This document shows, one piece after another, positions 38,979-47,578 of a DNA stretch of 64,000 nucleotides. How positions within the stretch are numbered: position 1 is the stretch's first letter; every line of letters starts with the position of its first letter. Under the pieces are notes generated by a model, which made no database searches, was not told where the DNA came from, and saw only the letters and a list, made by a program, of their open reading frames with translations. Source of the DNA: an uncultured virus (IMG/VR IMGVR_UViG_3300050508_000500) (taxonomy: Duplodnaviria; Heunggongvirae; Uroviricota; Caudoviricetes); the IMG/VR virus record IMGVR_UViG_3300050508_000500. One strand, written 5' to 3'. A program made the translations under genes and the position numbers.

Positions 38979-39398
38979 ATGACCAGAGCAGAACGTGCTG
39001 CCGAGACAGTGCGCAAAGCGAAAGAAAGATTGCTTGAACATGAACGCCTCGCCAAAGCGCAGCGACTAGCCCAACGCAAGGCTATCATGCAGGCCGAAGC
39101 CGCTGTTCGAGAAGAGGACCGCAAGGCGACAAACAAACGCCGCTATCATGTGGGCGCTATGGCCGATGAGGCCGGACTGTTTGCGTGGAGTAATGCCGAC
39201 CTACGCGGGCTCTTTGTGCTACTGGCGACCCTGGGGGACTGCCCTGATCCTGTGGCGGTCCTGGAGGGGCTGTTGGTGAAAAATGGGGTCGCAGTTGCGT
39301 GGGACTCTGATGATCTCGAAAGAGATCATCCTTTCGCGCTTTCTTCTCCAAGCGCCCATGCAGGGAAGAACTCCCCTTCCCCTTCTCAAGACTCCTGA
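38979..39398 (+). CDS. Relaxosome accessory protein (TraD/MobC-like)
   Basis: Coiled coil then RKATNKRRYHVGAMADEAGL; upstream of the relaxase. Confidence 0.55.
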   Translation: MTRAERAAETVRKAKERLLEHERLAKAQRLAQRKAIMQAEAAVREEDRKATNKRRYHVGAMADEAGLFAWSNADLRGLFVLLATLGDCPDPVAVLEGLLVKNGVAVAWDSDDLERDHPFALSSPSAHAGKNSPSPSQDS

Positions 39399-39490
39399 CG
39401 AGTCCGACTGGAAGGAGGTGAGGAGGGAGTAGCCAACGGCAGTGGGAGTCATTGTCAGAGCGAAAACCGTCCAGCAGCAGGAGTGAGGCT

Positions 39491-40219
39491 GTGAGCCGCG
39501 AAGCATCTCATGATGAGAGGCGTATCGCAGACAGGGTGGTGCGTGGTGCTATCTATGGCTATGTCTATGTTGTGCAGATGGAAGGCTATCCATGGTTGAA
39601 AATTGGACGGACAGAGCATAGTGATAGTGAGGCGGTACGGCGTCGAGTCAGAACGATGCAGACAGGCTGTCCACTGCCCTTGCAGATTGTGAAAGAATAT
39701 CCCTGTGAGAATCCAATGGTTTTGGAACACGCGCTCCATATATTCCTGGCGCGCCACCGGCGACACGGTGAGTGGTTTGAAACCACGCTTGAGCAGATTG
39801 AGCGCCTGATGGTAAGGGCGCATTACCATCCGTCACTCTGGAGAGAGGCGGTCGAGCAAGAGCAGGAGGCTAGGCGGGTACGTGCAGAGGTCGAGAGGGC
39901 AAGAGGTGCACAGTTTTTTGCGGATCAGTGTGAGAATGCTACGCTAGAACGTACGCGGCAGAGGGCGCAATGGGAGGCCACGCACGCCAGCGAAGATGCC
40001 GAGCGAGCGAGGAGGATCCAGGCAGACATGCGCGCCTTTGCTCTCGCAAGAAAAAAGCGGCGTCTCGGGAGGAGAGCCCGCACGCTTGGTGTGCTGTGTT
40101 GTGGGCTCGTGGTTGGGGTCGCAGGGACCGTGCTCGTGATGATGACGTCCATGAGCAACGGGCACCACACGTCGTATCAGCGTGTGCAGGGTGGCGCATT
40201 TGCTCTTTCTCCAGACTAG
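39491..40219 (+). CDS. GIY-YIG (T5orf172-like) nuclease with C-terminal TM; start uncertain
   Basis: GYVYVV...KIGRT...RRVRTMQTGCP...LEHALH...GEWF. Confidence 0.8.
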   Translation: MSREASHDERRIADRVVRGAIYGYVYVVQMEGYPWLKIGRTEHSDSEAVRRRVRTMQTGCPLPLQIVKEYPCENPMVLEHALHIFLARHRRHGEWFETTLEQIERLMVRAHYHPSLWREAVEQEQEARRVRAEVERARGAQFFADQCENATLERTRQRAQWEATHASEDAERARRIQADMRAFALARKKRRLGRRARTLGVLCCGLVVGVAGTVLVMMTSMSNGHHTSYQRVQGGAFALSPD

Positions 40220-40227
40220 GTCTTGCC

Positions 40228-41340
40228 ATGCCTCATCTGCACTTTCGACGAACCGTGTATAAGAGTGGAGGGCACAAAGCGGTGGCCCGGCTGGAATATA
40301 TTAGCGGAAGACAGGTCGTCCAGTCTGAGCAGGCAGGCAGGCAGCTTGCGTACATAAGCAATGGTCGTGAAGACCTTGTCGCCGAAGGGACGCGCAATCT
40401 CCCGGCCTGGGCACGCACGGCTCACGAGTTTTTCACCGCTGCCGAGCAGTATGAAAGACCATCGCCTTACGATGCGCAGCGGCGCGGTATCGCCTTTGAG
40501 GAATGGAAAATCACGCTCCCTCACGAACTGTCACGCGAGCAGAACCTGGCCCTAGTCAAGGATTTACTGACGATGATTGCCGGGAATCGCTTGCCCTACA
40601 GCTATGCCTTTCACAATCCACAGACCCTGAGTGGCACGCAGCCGCAACCGCACATCCATCTTCTGCTTTCTGGGCGCCTCACGGGCACCACGGATGAGTA
40701 CCAACGTCCCGTGGCGCAGCACTTTAAGCGGTGGAACAGCAAGGAGCCCGCACGCGGTGGGGCGAAGAAAGATCCCGCCATGAATCACCAGGGTGCCATC
40801 AAAGCGTACCGGCTCATGATTAGCGATGTCGTCAATCTCCATCTCGAACAGCATGGGCATGTGGCGCGGGTGCACCCTGACAGCCTCAAGAGTCGGGGGA
40901 TCGACCGTGAGCCTGAGCCCAAGCTGCTGCCGAGTGAAAGCGCTGCCTACCGCACGCATGGTGTCGTCTCTCCGGCTCTCGCCAAAGTCCTCGACATCCG
41001 TCAGCTTCGCGCCACAGCGCCGCCCCGCGAGCAGAACAATGCGCGACAGTATTGGGAGCAGCGCAAGGCGTTCTTGGGCATTACACGGGACATGCCGCAC
41101 GCTCAGAAGCTCGCGCACATTTTGCTCAAGCGCCACGGCACGGTCGAGCGGGTGCCAGCGCGCTACCGGGCACTGCTGCAGCACCAGCCTTCTCGCATGC
41201 AGGGGCAGAGGCAAGCGCGGGGTGGGCAGTTGCAGCGGCTCGCGCGGGTACTCGTCGCGCAGCTGGAAGATACCCGCGCTCAGGGGACGCTGCGCGTGCG
41301 ACTGCATGAGCCAGAGCGCGATCAGGGAATAGGGATATGA
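40228..41340 (+). CDS. mobA: MobA/MobL (MOBQ) relaxase
   Basis: ARLEYISGR (Tyr); EWKITLPHELSREQ; YAFHNP...QPHIHLLLS; VHPDSLKSRGIDREP. Confidence 0.92.
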   Translation: MPHLHFRRTVYKSGGHKAVARLEYISGRQVVQSEQAGRQLAYISNGREDLVAEGTRNLPAWARTAHEFFTAAEQYERPSPYDAQRRGIAFEEWKITLPHELSREQNLALVKDLLTMIAGNRLPYSYAFHNPQTLSGTQPQPHIHLLLSGRLTGTTDEYQRPVAQHFKRWNSKEPARGGAKKDPAMNHQGAIKAYRLMISDVVNLHLEQHGHVARVHPDSLKSRGIDREPEPKLLPSESAAYRTHGVVSPALAKVLDIRQLRATAPPREQNNARQYWEQRKAFLGITRDMPHAQKLAHILLKRHGTVERVPARYRALLQHQPSRMQGQRQARGGQLQRLARVLVAQLEDTRAQGTLRVRLHEPERDQGIGI

Positions 41341-42410
41341 ACGCGGAGACCACAAGGAGACACGTGATGCGATATCGACATCGGGCCGGGCTCTCGCTCG
41401 GCGTGCTGCTCTGGGGCACCGCCGCCTGGGGGGCCACCTACTATAGTGCGCCGTCCGGCTCAGGGACGGCTTGCTCGCAGGAAGCGCCCTGTAGTCTCGG
41501 CACGGGCACCAGTACGCTGCGGCCGGGGGATACCCTCTATCTGCGGGGTGGCACGTATAACGATGGCATTAACCCGGGTGTCGGGGGGTTGGCGAGTGGC
41601 AGTGGGGAGTCGTCACGCACCACGATTGCCGGCTATCCCGGGGAAATGCCGGTGCTCACGCGGCTCAATCTGGGCGAAGGTGGGGGCTTTAGTTGGATGA
41701 CGTTTTCCGGGTTGCGCATCGAGGGGGGCGGGGTCTTTCTCGGGGGCGATACCCATCATATTCGCGTGCAGCAATCGGACATCGCCGGCGGACGCATGGG
41801 CATTAGTGGCTCCGGGGGGTTTCACGAATTTATCGGCAACCAGATTCACGGCGCCGAATACTATGGCACCTACTGGTCGGGGCACGATACGGTTTTTGAC
41901 GGCAACGATATTTATGACAATGGCGGCTATGGCGTCCACGTCTTTAATACGGGGCATACCGATGTGAGTAACAATGTCATCAGGAATAACCGCATTATCC
42001 ACAACGGCATTGGTGAGTATGGGCCGGGGTTGGGCGGCGTCGTGGTGGCGCACGGGACGCATAACGTCGTAGATAACAATATGATCTCGGAAAACTTTGC
42101 GGGCGTCCAGGTGGACTACGGCTGTGAGAGCTGCGAGGTCACCAACAATACGATTACCAACAATCGGTTCCATGGCATCCAGGTGGGGAGCCGCGCGAGC
42201 AATACGGTGCTGCGGAATAATCTGCTCTCGGGCAATGGCAGCGAGATTTCAGACTTTGGCAGCGCCACGGCGCAGGCCGATAACGGCACGGGCGCGGCCG
42301 GGGCCAGCGCTGAGCCCCGCCGTGATCCGCTGCCGGCATCCTCGGGGGGTGGCGGGCCCGCGCCCCGGCCGACCACCACGCCGACGGCGTTTGCCGCCGC
42401 CAATCCGTGA
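41337..42410 (+). CDS. Secreted right-handed beta-helix protein, paralogue of 20020-22479
   Basis: Signal ending AAWG; PGDTLYLRGGTY; GDTHHIR; DNGGYG. Confidence 0.85.
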   Translation: MNAETTRRHVMRYRHRAGLSLGVLLWGTAAWGATYYSAPSGSGTACSQEAPCSLGTGTSTLRPGDTLYLRGGTYNDGINPGVGGLASGSGESSRTTIAGYPGEMPVLTRLNLGEGGGFSWMTFSGLRIEGGGVFLGGDTHHIRVQQSDIAGGRMGISGSGGFHEFIGNQIHGAEYYGTYWSGHDTVFDGNDIYDNGGYGVHVFNTGHTDVSNNVIRNNRIIHNGIGEYGPGLGGVVVAHGTHNVVDNNMISENFAGVQVDYGCESCEVTNNTITNNRFHGIQVGSRASNTVLRNNLLSGNGSEISDFGSATAQADNGTGAAGASAEPRRDPLPASSGGGGPAPRPTTTPTAFAAANP

Positions 42411-42421
42411 CGCCGCTAAGG

Positions 42422-42440
42422 CCGATGGCGGCGCCATCGG
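42422..42440. terminator. Hairpin at the convergence of the two transcription arms
   Basis: CCGATGGC-ggc-GCCATCGG; no U-tract. Confidence 0.35.
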
Positions 42441-42455
42441 AGGCAAAGCCCGGCG

Positions 42456-43562
42456 CTACTGCGGCTGTACGGTGCAGCCGGTGGGATCGCCCACCAGCGT
42501 GCGTCCTTGGGTCTGGACGACCCCGAAACAATCGGGGCCGATGGGAGCCGCATTATCTGCCAGGACCGAGTTACGCAGCGTGACCGTCCCTCCTGCGTTG
42601 TTGATACCCCCACCGGTGCCCTGGAGGATCAAGCGGTTGTGGGTAATGGTGGAGCGCCGCACCTCGACCGTGCCCGCTTCCACAAAGATCCCACCGCCAA
42701 AATTCACGGCTTCGTTCCCGACCATGGCGACATCGCGGAGCGTCACCTGACCCCCCGCGAGATTGAGGGCCCCGCCGCGCACGCCTGCCCCGTTATCTAA
42801 AAAGACCGTGTTGCGGACGTCGAGTTCGCCCACGCCATCCGTGCCGCCGCCGTGGTTGAGAAAGGCGATGTTCCCAGCGATGATGGAGTTGCGGAGGATG
42901 ACCCGGCCCGCGGCGGGATCGAAGCCGAGGCCCCCGCCCGACTCGGCGAGGTTGTCGGCAATGAGGCACCCGTCAATGAAGGTCGGCCCTAGGCTGGCGA
43001 CACCCCCGGAGACGAAGTCGGCCGTGTTGCCGGTAATGGCACACCGCAGGAGCCGCAACGTGCCCCCAAAGCCATTGTGAAGACCCCCACCGATCCAGGC
43101 TTCATTCTCGACCAGTGCCACGTCTTGCACGAGGAGATCGCCCTGGTTAAAGACCGCACCGCCGCGATTGAAAAACACGGGTGAGACGGCGCCACCGCGG
43201 ATGGTCAGGCCTTCGATCGTGACCCGCCCCGAGGGGCCAATATGCAGGAGGCGAAAGAGCGGCGTATCGAGGCCGTCGTCCCGCGCCAGGGTCGTCTGGG
43301 AGACACCGACGCCCCGGATGGTCAGGTTGCCGAGAATGACCGGCGTGGCGGTGAAGCCGTTGACGTCGTCGCCGTTATCCTGCCGCGTGAAGGTAAAGGT
43401 CGAGGCGTCGAGCTCGATCACGTCCTCGCGCGCGGGCTGCAGATTACTCCGGGCAATCGCCGTTTTAATACACTCGGCATCGCCAGCGGTGCAGGGAAAG
43501 ACGCGGGCCGTGACCGGGGGAACCACGATGATGATGATGAGCAGGGCGAGTAGGGTACGCAT
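42456..43562 (-). CDS. Secreted Pmp-repeat beta-helix (adhesin-like) protein
   Basis: Signal MRTLLALLIIIIVVPPVTA; repeated xNxAxxGGG(I/L) units. Confidence 0.75.
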   Translation of the reverse strand: MRTLLALLIIIIVVPPVTARVFPCTAGDAECIKTAIARSNLQPAREDVIELDASTFTFTRQDNGDDVNGFTATPVILGNLTIRGVGVSQTTLARDDGLDTPLFRLLHIGPSGRVTIEGLTIRGGAVSPVFFNRGGAVFNQGDLLVQDVALVENEAWIGGGLHNGFGGTLRLLRCAITGNTADFVSGGVASLGPTFIDGCLIADNLAESGGGLGFDPAAGRVILRNSIIAGNIAFLNHGGGTDGVGELDVRNTVFLDNGAGVRGGALNLAGGQVTLRDVAMVGNEAVNFGGGIFVEAGTVEVRRSTITHNRLILQGTGGGINNAGGTVTLRNSVLADNAAPIGPDCFGVVQTQGRTLVGDPTGCTVQPQ

Positions 43563-43715
43563 GAGAAACCTCCACAGTATGGGGGAGAAGACACGCGCGG
43601 ACACAACCGTCCGTCGTGCGCAGTCTAGCATACGCCATGGGCTGCAGGAATAGGGCCTTGCAGGTGATGGTTGCCAAGCGGTAGCACGAGGGGGAGCGCT
43701 GCAGGAATCCTCCTA

Positions 43716-43934
43716 TCACGGCAAGAGGGGCTCCAGCAAGAGCAACGCATCATGCAGACACCCAAGCATCAGCGCGAAGGAGCCCAGGGCCATCGTGAGA
43801 CTGCGCAGAGGCCGAGACGCTCCCCGGTGCAGGCTCCTGACACAGCCGGCGGCGCAGAGACAGGCCAGAAGGACCACGATCAGGCCCATGAGGGGCGTGG
43901 TCCAGGGCCACCATCCCCAGAGCGGACTGCTCAT
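43716..43934 (-). CDS. Small two-TM hypothetical protein
   Basis: GAGGAG RBS; two hydrophobic stretches. Confidence 0.4.
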   Translation of the reverse strand: MSSPLWGWWPWTTPLMGLIVVLLACLCAAGCVRSLHRGASRPLRSLTMALGSFALMLGCLHDALLLLEPLLP

Positions 43935-43958
43935 AGAGACTCCTCGCGTAGTGGCTGC

Positions 43959-44198
43959 CTAGATGCCGTGCCGATAAAAGCGATCGTGTGGCACGGCGGC
44001 GGCGACGATGGCGGCGTGCTGCTCGCGGCGTCGGAGCTCGGTCTCCCAGACACTCACCGCCTCGCGGTAGCACGTGCCACAGTTGCCGCAGCACAGATAG
44101 ATCCACCAACCGTCCTGGCTCGGGGTGGCGTAGCGGGCATGGGCAAGGTCGTGGGCGTGCTGCTCGGGGTGCAGGGCGGGACAGTATGATGTAGCCAT
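43959..44198 (-). CDS. Small Zn-ribbon-like hypothetical protein
   Basis: CPALH...CGNCG; AGGA RBS. Confidence 0.45.
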   Translation of the reverse strand: MATSYCPALHPEQHAHDLAHARYATPSQDGWWIYLCCGNCGTCYREAVSVWETELRRREQHAAIVAAAVPHDRFYRHGI

Positions 44199-44246
44199 GA
44201 GGTCCGTCCTAGTGCCCGCGTTCCTGGACGAGGCACGTATACTCTG

Positions 44247-44447
44247 CTACCAGTTGGTCAACGCTCCGGGACGTGCTGTCGAGAAAGACATCCACCCCAT
44301 CGTAGGCAAACACCACACCTTCCAGGGGCGCAAGGTGTCGTGGACCAGGGCGAGTGCGGCGGCAATACAATCCGCCAGGGAGTGCTCGACGCGGGCCAAC
44401 TCGTGGGCGCGAAACTCGAGGCGACGATAGGGGGTGGGCAGGGGCAT
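44247..44447 (-). CDS. Hypothetical protein
   Basis: AAGGAGG RBS before MPLPTPYRRLE. Confidence 0.45.
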   Translation of the reverse strand: MPLPTPYRRLEFRAHELARVEHSLADCIAAALALVHDTLRPWKVWCLPTMGWMSFSTARPGALTNW

Positions 44448-44473
44448 CGGTTCCCTCCTTAGCGTGGATCCTC

Positions 44474-44695
44474 TCAGGGCTGGCGTGTGGCGACGCGCCA
44501 GCTTTTGCCGTGAATAATATTGTGCACGACGCCGTGGGACACCTGGAACTGCCGGGCCAGTGCCGTTTGGATGCCGTACTCCTTGCGACGTGCCTGCCAA
44601 AGGCGCAGAATGTCCTGCGCGACCGCATTGGTAATGGTCGCGTGGTGGTGCTGCTCCCCGCGCACATAGCGCACGCTTTCGTCATTGGGATGCAT
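44474..44695 (-). CDS. Stand-alone HTH domain of the HNH C-terminal type
   Basis: RGEQHHHATIT...LARQFQVS...IIHGKSW matches the tail of the 7149-7964 protein. Confidence 0.7.
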   Translation of the reverse strand: MHPNDESVRYVRGEQHHHATITNAVAQDILRLWQARRKEYGIQTALARQFQVSHGVVHNIIHGKSWRVATRQP

Positions 44696-44982
44696 GGGTA
44701 GTCTCCTTTACAGGTGGTGTCTGTGCTTTGATTGCGCACGGGATATCCTGTCGCCCTCGACATAGGCTTCCGCATAGTCGCCGACTGTCCACGGCGTCCT
44801 GTATCCACAGCGGCCACATTTCCAGATATTGGCCTCACCATCATCACGAATCTGTGGCGTATAGGTATGCTCCTGTGGGGGTGTCGCTCATGGCAGGGCG
44901 TCAGCATGGGGCTCCTTTCTCTCTACTAATTTCATACTAAAATCTGTCACATTAGTAGGTCGAACAACCGCGTGTTATCCGT

Positions 44983-46080
44983 CTACTCAGAAAAGAAGTC
45001 GATGTCCTCGTCAGGCTGCTTGGCAGCTTCTGGCGTCCTGACGTCCGTACCCCCTTCCCTGGGGGACTTCGTGGCTCCTGGGCCATCCTGGGGGTTTCTA
45101 GGGGCATTCTCGCTCACAAGCGCATCATAGAGCATCGCCAGAGTGGTCGGTTCCCCCAGGTCGGGGTACGTCGCCGCCATCCGTTCCCACCAGTCCGCAC
45201 GGGCGTCATACTCCAGGCCGCGCTGCGTCAGCACCTCCTCAATGCGCACGATGAGCGGGTTGTCGGGTTCTACGGGCTGCGGGACGGGCTGCGGGACGGC
45301 CGCCGGAGCACCGTGGGCGGTGGGGTCGGCCCCCTCACCAAAGAGATCAATCACATTTTGCTGGTGGCGTGCCTGGGGGATGTCTTCTTTCTCGCGCTCG
45401 TCGTCTCCCTCAAAGAACTGGCGCAGGTCTGGCGTCAGCTGCACGTACTTGGCGACGCGCTTAATGGCAGTTTTGCGCTTCATCATGACCGTATCGCTCA
45501 CCCAGGGACCGCTTTCATGCCCAGGCGCGCGGCGGCGAATCGCGTCCAGGTCCTCCAGCGTCAGGACCTCAAAGGCGCAGTCGCCCGACTTGAACATGAC
45601 CGCGCCGTAATAAAACAACTCGGCACCGGGCTTCTTGCCCAGCGTGACGGCAGGGCGATGCACGGGACGATCCTGGAACATATCAAAGGACCATTCGTCC
45701 CCCTCGTGGACGGGATGGGCGAAGGCCCGGCGCACTTTGCCGGTGCGGTCCAGCGTGCGGATAACGCCAAAGTAGGTCGGGATGCACTGTAGGCCCTTCT
45801 GGTTCCGGTATTTCTTCTGTTTGTAGGCGATAAAGTGGGCATCTCTGCCCGGCATGAGGCCATAATTGGCGGCGTAAATGATCGCGTCCCGAATGCTTTC
45901 AACGACGCACTCGGACACGTCTTTGTTGCCGGTGAGTTCGAGCCAGCAGGCGGCGCGGAATTGCTCGCTGGTGATGTCGGGGGGGAGCAGCTTGTAGACA
46001 TCGGGCATGAGGTCGCGCATGGTGCTCACCACGGGTGCAGGCAGTAGCGCCGACTTGCGACTAACGGCGGTCTCGGCCAT
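44983..46080 (-). CDS. recT: RecT-family single-strand annealing protein
   Basis: SIRDAII..A..GLMP, AHFIAY, PVHEGD, GPWVSD..MMKRKTAIKR; acidic tail DIDFFSE. Confidence 0.9.
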   Translation of the reverse strand: MAETAVSRKSALLPAPVVSTMRDLMPDVYKLLPPDITSEQFRAACWLELTGNKDVSECVVESIRDAIIYAANYGLMPGRDAHFIAYKQKKYRNQKGLQCIPTYFGVIRTLDRTGKVRRAFAHPVHEGDEWSFDMFQDRPVHRPAVTLGKKPGAELFYYGAVMFKSGDCAFEVLTLEDLDAIRRRAPGHESGPWVSDTVMMKRKTAIKRVAKYVQLTPDLRQFFEGDDEREKEDIPQARHQQNVIDLFGEGADPTAHGAPAAVPQPVPQPVEPDNPLIVRIEEVLTQRGLEYDARADWWERMAATYPDLGEPTTLAMLYDALVSENAPRNPQDGPGATKSPREGGTDVRTPEAAKQPDEDIDFFSE

Positions 46081-46246
46081 CGGGGGCTCCTTGGGTGGCG
46101 TGCAGCCACTCGTCTAAGCGTTGATCCATGAAGCGGCGTAACTCCTCAGTCGGCGTCGTATCGCGGCGGATACATTCCGCACGAAACTCGCGCATCCGTT
46201 CGCGGTCAAACACTATCGTAATTTGACTCGTTGGGCTCGGGGCCAT
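46061..46246 (-). CDS. Ribbon-helix-helix protein
   Basis: QITIVFD...REFRAEC...TEELRRFM. Confidence 0.55.
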   Translation of the reverse strand: MAPSPTSQITIVFDRERMREFRAECIRRDTTPTEELRRFMDQRLDEWLHATQGAPDGRDRR

Positions 46247-46306
46247 GGCGCATCCTTTCTATGTGGCACGCATGAATAAAGTGAATAGAGTGTATTCCAT
46301 GCTGCG

Positions 46307-46585
46307 CTACCCGTCAAACTGTTTTTTCACGACATCCAGGCACCGCGGCATCCGCGCTCCGACCCAGGTGAGGATGGGTGCCTTGAGCCGGGTACGTTCG
46401 CCCTCAGTAAACGGCGTCGTGCGCTGCTGGAGGGCTCTCACCCAGGCGCGCTGGTCGGGCGTCAGGGCGCTCGTAGGGTCGAGGGCCATACACACGAGCG
46501 CCAGGCGTAGCACGCAGTCCCGCACGGCAGGGTCGGGGACGTCGGGGGCCTCGCCCTGCCGCAGCTCTTTGTAGACTCTATCCAT
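46307..46585 (-). CDS. Hypothetical protein
   Basis: GGGAGG RBS; overlaps upstream ORF end. Confidence 0.45.
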   Translation of the reverse strand: MDRVYKELRQGEAPDVPDPAVRDCVLRLALVCMALDPTSALTPDQRAWVRALQQRTTPFTEGERTRLKAPILTWVGARMPRCLDVVKKQFDG

Positions 46586-46847
46586 GGGCCTCCCTCGCTC
46601 GTACGCGCGTCAGGGCCTCGCGCAGCGCGGCGTTGTAGGCCTGGGCGGCTGCCTGGGTGCCCAGCACATCCCCGCTCAGGGCGACGTCGCTGAGCCGCGC
46701 GTAGGTCGCACCAACGTGGGCATCGGCACTGACGGCCTGGCACTCGGCGATGGTGGCGTCCGCCATGGTGCGGTTCGAGATGTGGGCACAGGCGATATAG
46801 ACGGCGCGCTGTGCTGGTGTGAGCCAGGTGGGAAGAGGAGGTGTCAT
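46578..46847 (-). CDS. Hypothetical protein
   Basis: AAGGAG RBS; ATGA overlap with upstream gene. Confidence 0.45.
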   Translation of the reverse strand: MTPPLPTWLTPAQRAVYIACAHISNRTMADATIAECQAVSADAHVGATYARLSDVALSGDVLGTQAAAQAYNAALREALTRVRAREAHG

Positions 46848-47305
46848 AGGTCTTGCACTCCTTTGCCACGGTTACAGGTAAAGTCTTCTTCGAGCAATGC
46901 GGTAAGTAGCTGTTGAGGCAAGGCAAACCATTCGCCACGAACACGGTACTTCTTGTAGCGTTTGTGCAGTTCCCGCTCTAAGGTAAAGCAATCGTAATGA
47001 TAGATTTCACGCAGGAGATGCAAGGGCCTGGCGGCGCCTTCTTGGAGTTGCTTCCGACGATTCCAGGGAGACCAGCTCCGCCCAATCTTGTAGAGCGCGG
47101 TACCCTCTTCATGGATCACATACACTTTTCCCTCATGTGAATAATCAAGGGGCTTATGGGTCTTTGCCCAATCCAACAGACAGACGGTTGCCTTTTCCTC
47201 AGCTTTCTCGTGTGACAGACCGCCATCAATTTCCATAATGGCTACTCGTTCGTCCCACCACTCCCGCCAATCTGAAGCGATCCGCTGTCGCATTGTTTGT
47301 GCCAT
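46844..47305 (-). CDS. GIY-YIG (T5orf172-like) nuclease
   Basis: GKVYVI...YKIGRS...RRKQLQ...LERELH...RGEWF. Confidence 0.85.
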   Translation of the reverse strand: MAQTMRQRIASDWREWWDERVAIMEIDGGLSHEKAEEKATVCLLDWAKTHKPLDYSHEGKVYVIHEEGTALYKIGRSWSPWNRRKQLQEGAARPLHLLREIYHYDCFTLERELHKRYKKYRVRGEWFALPQQLLTALLEEDFTCNRGKGVQDL

Positions 47306-47319
47306 AGTGATTTCCTCCT

Positions 47320-47575
47320 AAGACGTCTTCACGCGCGAGGTATCTTCACGCGCGCGCGCGTCTTCGAGTCAAAAGTAACAGTTGGGCCACTTGGACAAAA
47401 AAGACAACTTCCCCATAACCCTATGAATATAAAGGTGTATAAGTTGCACTAATACAGCATTAGTACAACTTATAGATATCATAGTTAACATATTCCTAGG
47501 CATAAATGTCCTCTTGTAGAGTTGCCAAAGTTGTCCAAGTTGCCCAAGTTGTGAAGTGTTACTTTTGAACGCAAC
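47320..47575. repeat. Putative replication origin: nested inverted repeats and 9-bp iterons
   Basis: TCAAAAGTAACA (47369)/TGTTACTTTTGA (47557); 15/16 IR at 47438 and 47459; AAGTTGYCC-type repeats 47519-47553; AT-rich. Confidence 0.65.
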
Positions 47576-47578
47576 ACG

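Noticed and set aside
26200..43700. Autonomous ICE or transposon inserted in a prophage
   Set aside because: No integrase, transposase or flanking direct repeats found by eye. Not fully excluded without a computational repeat search.
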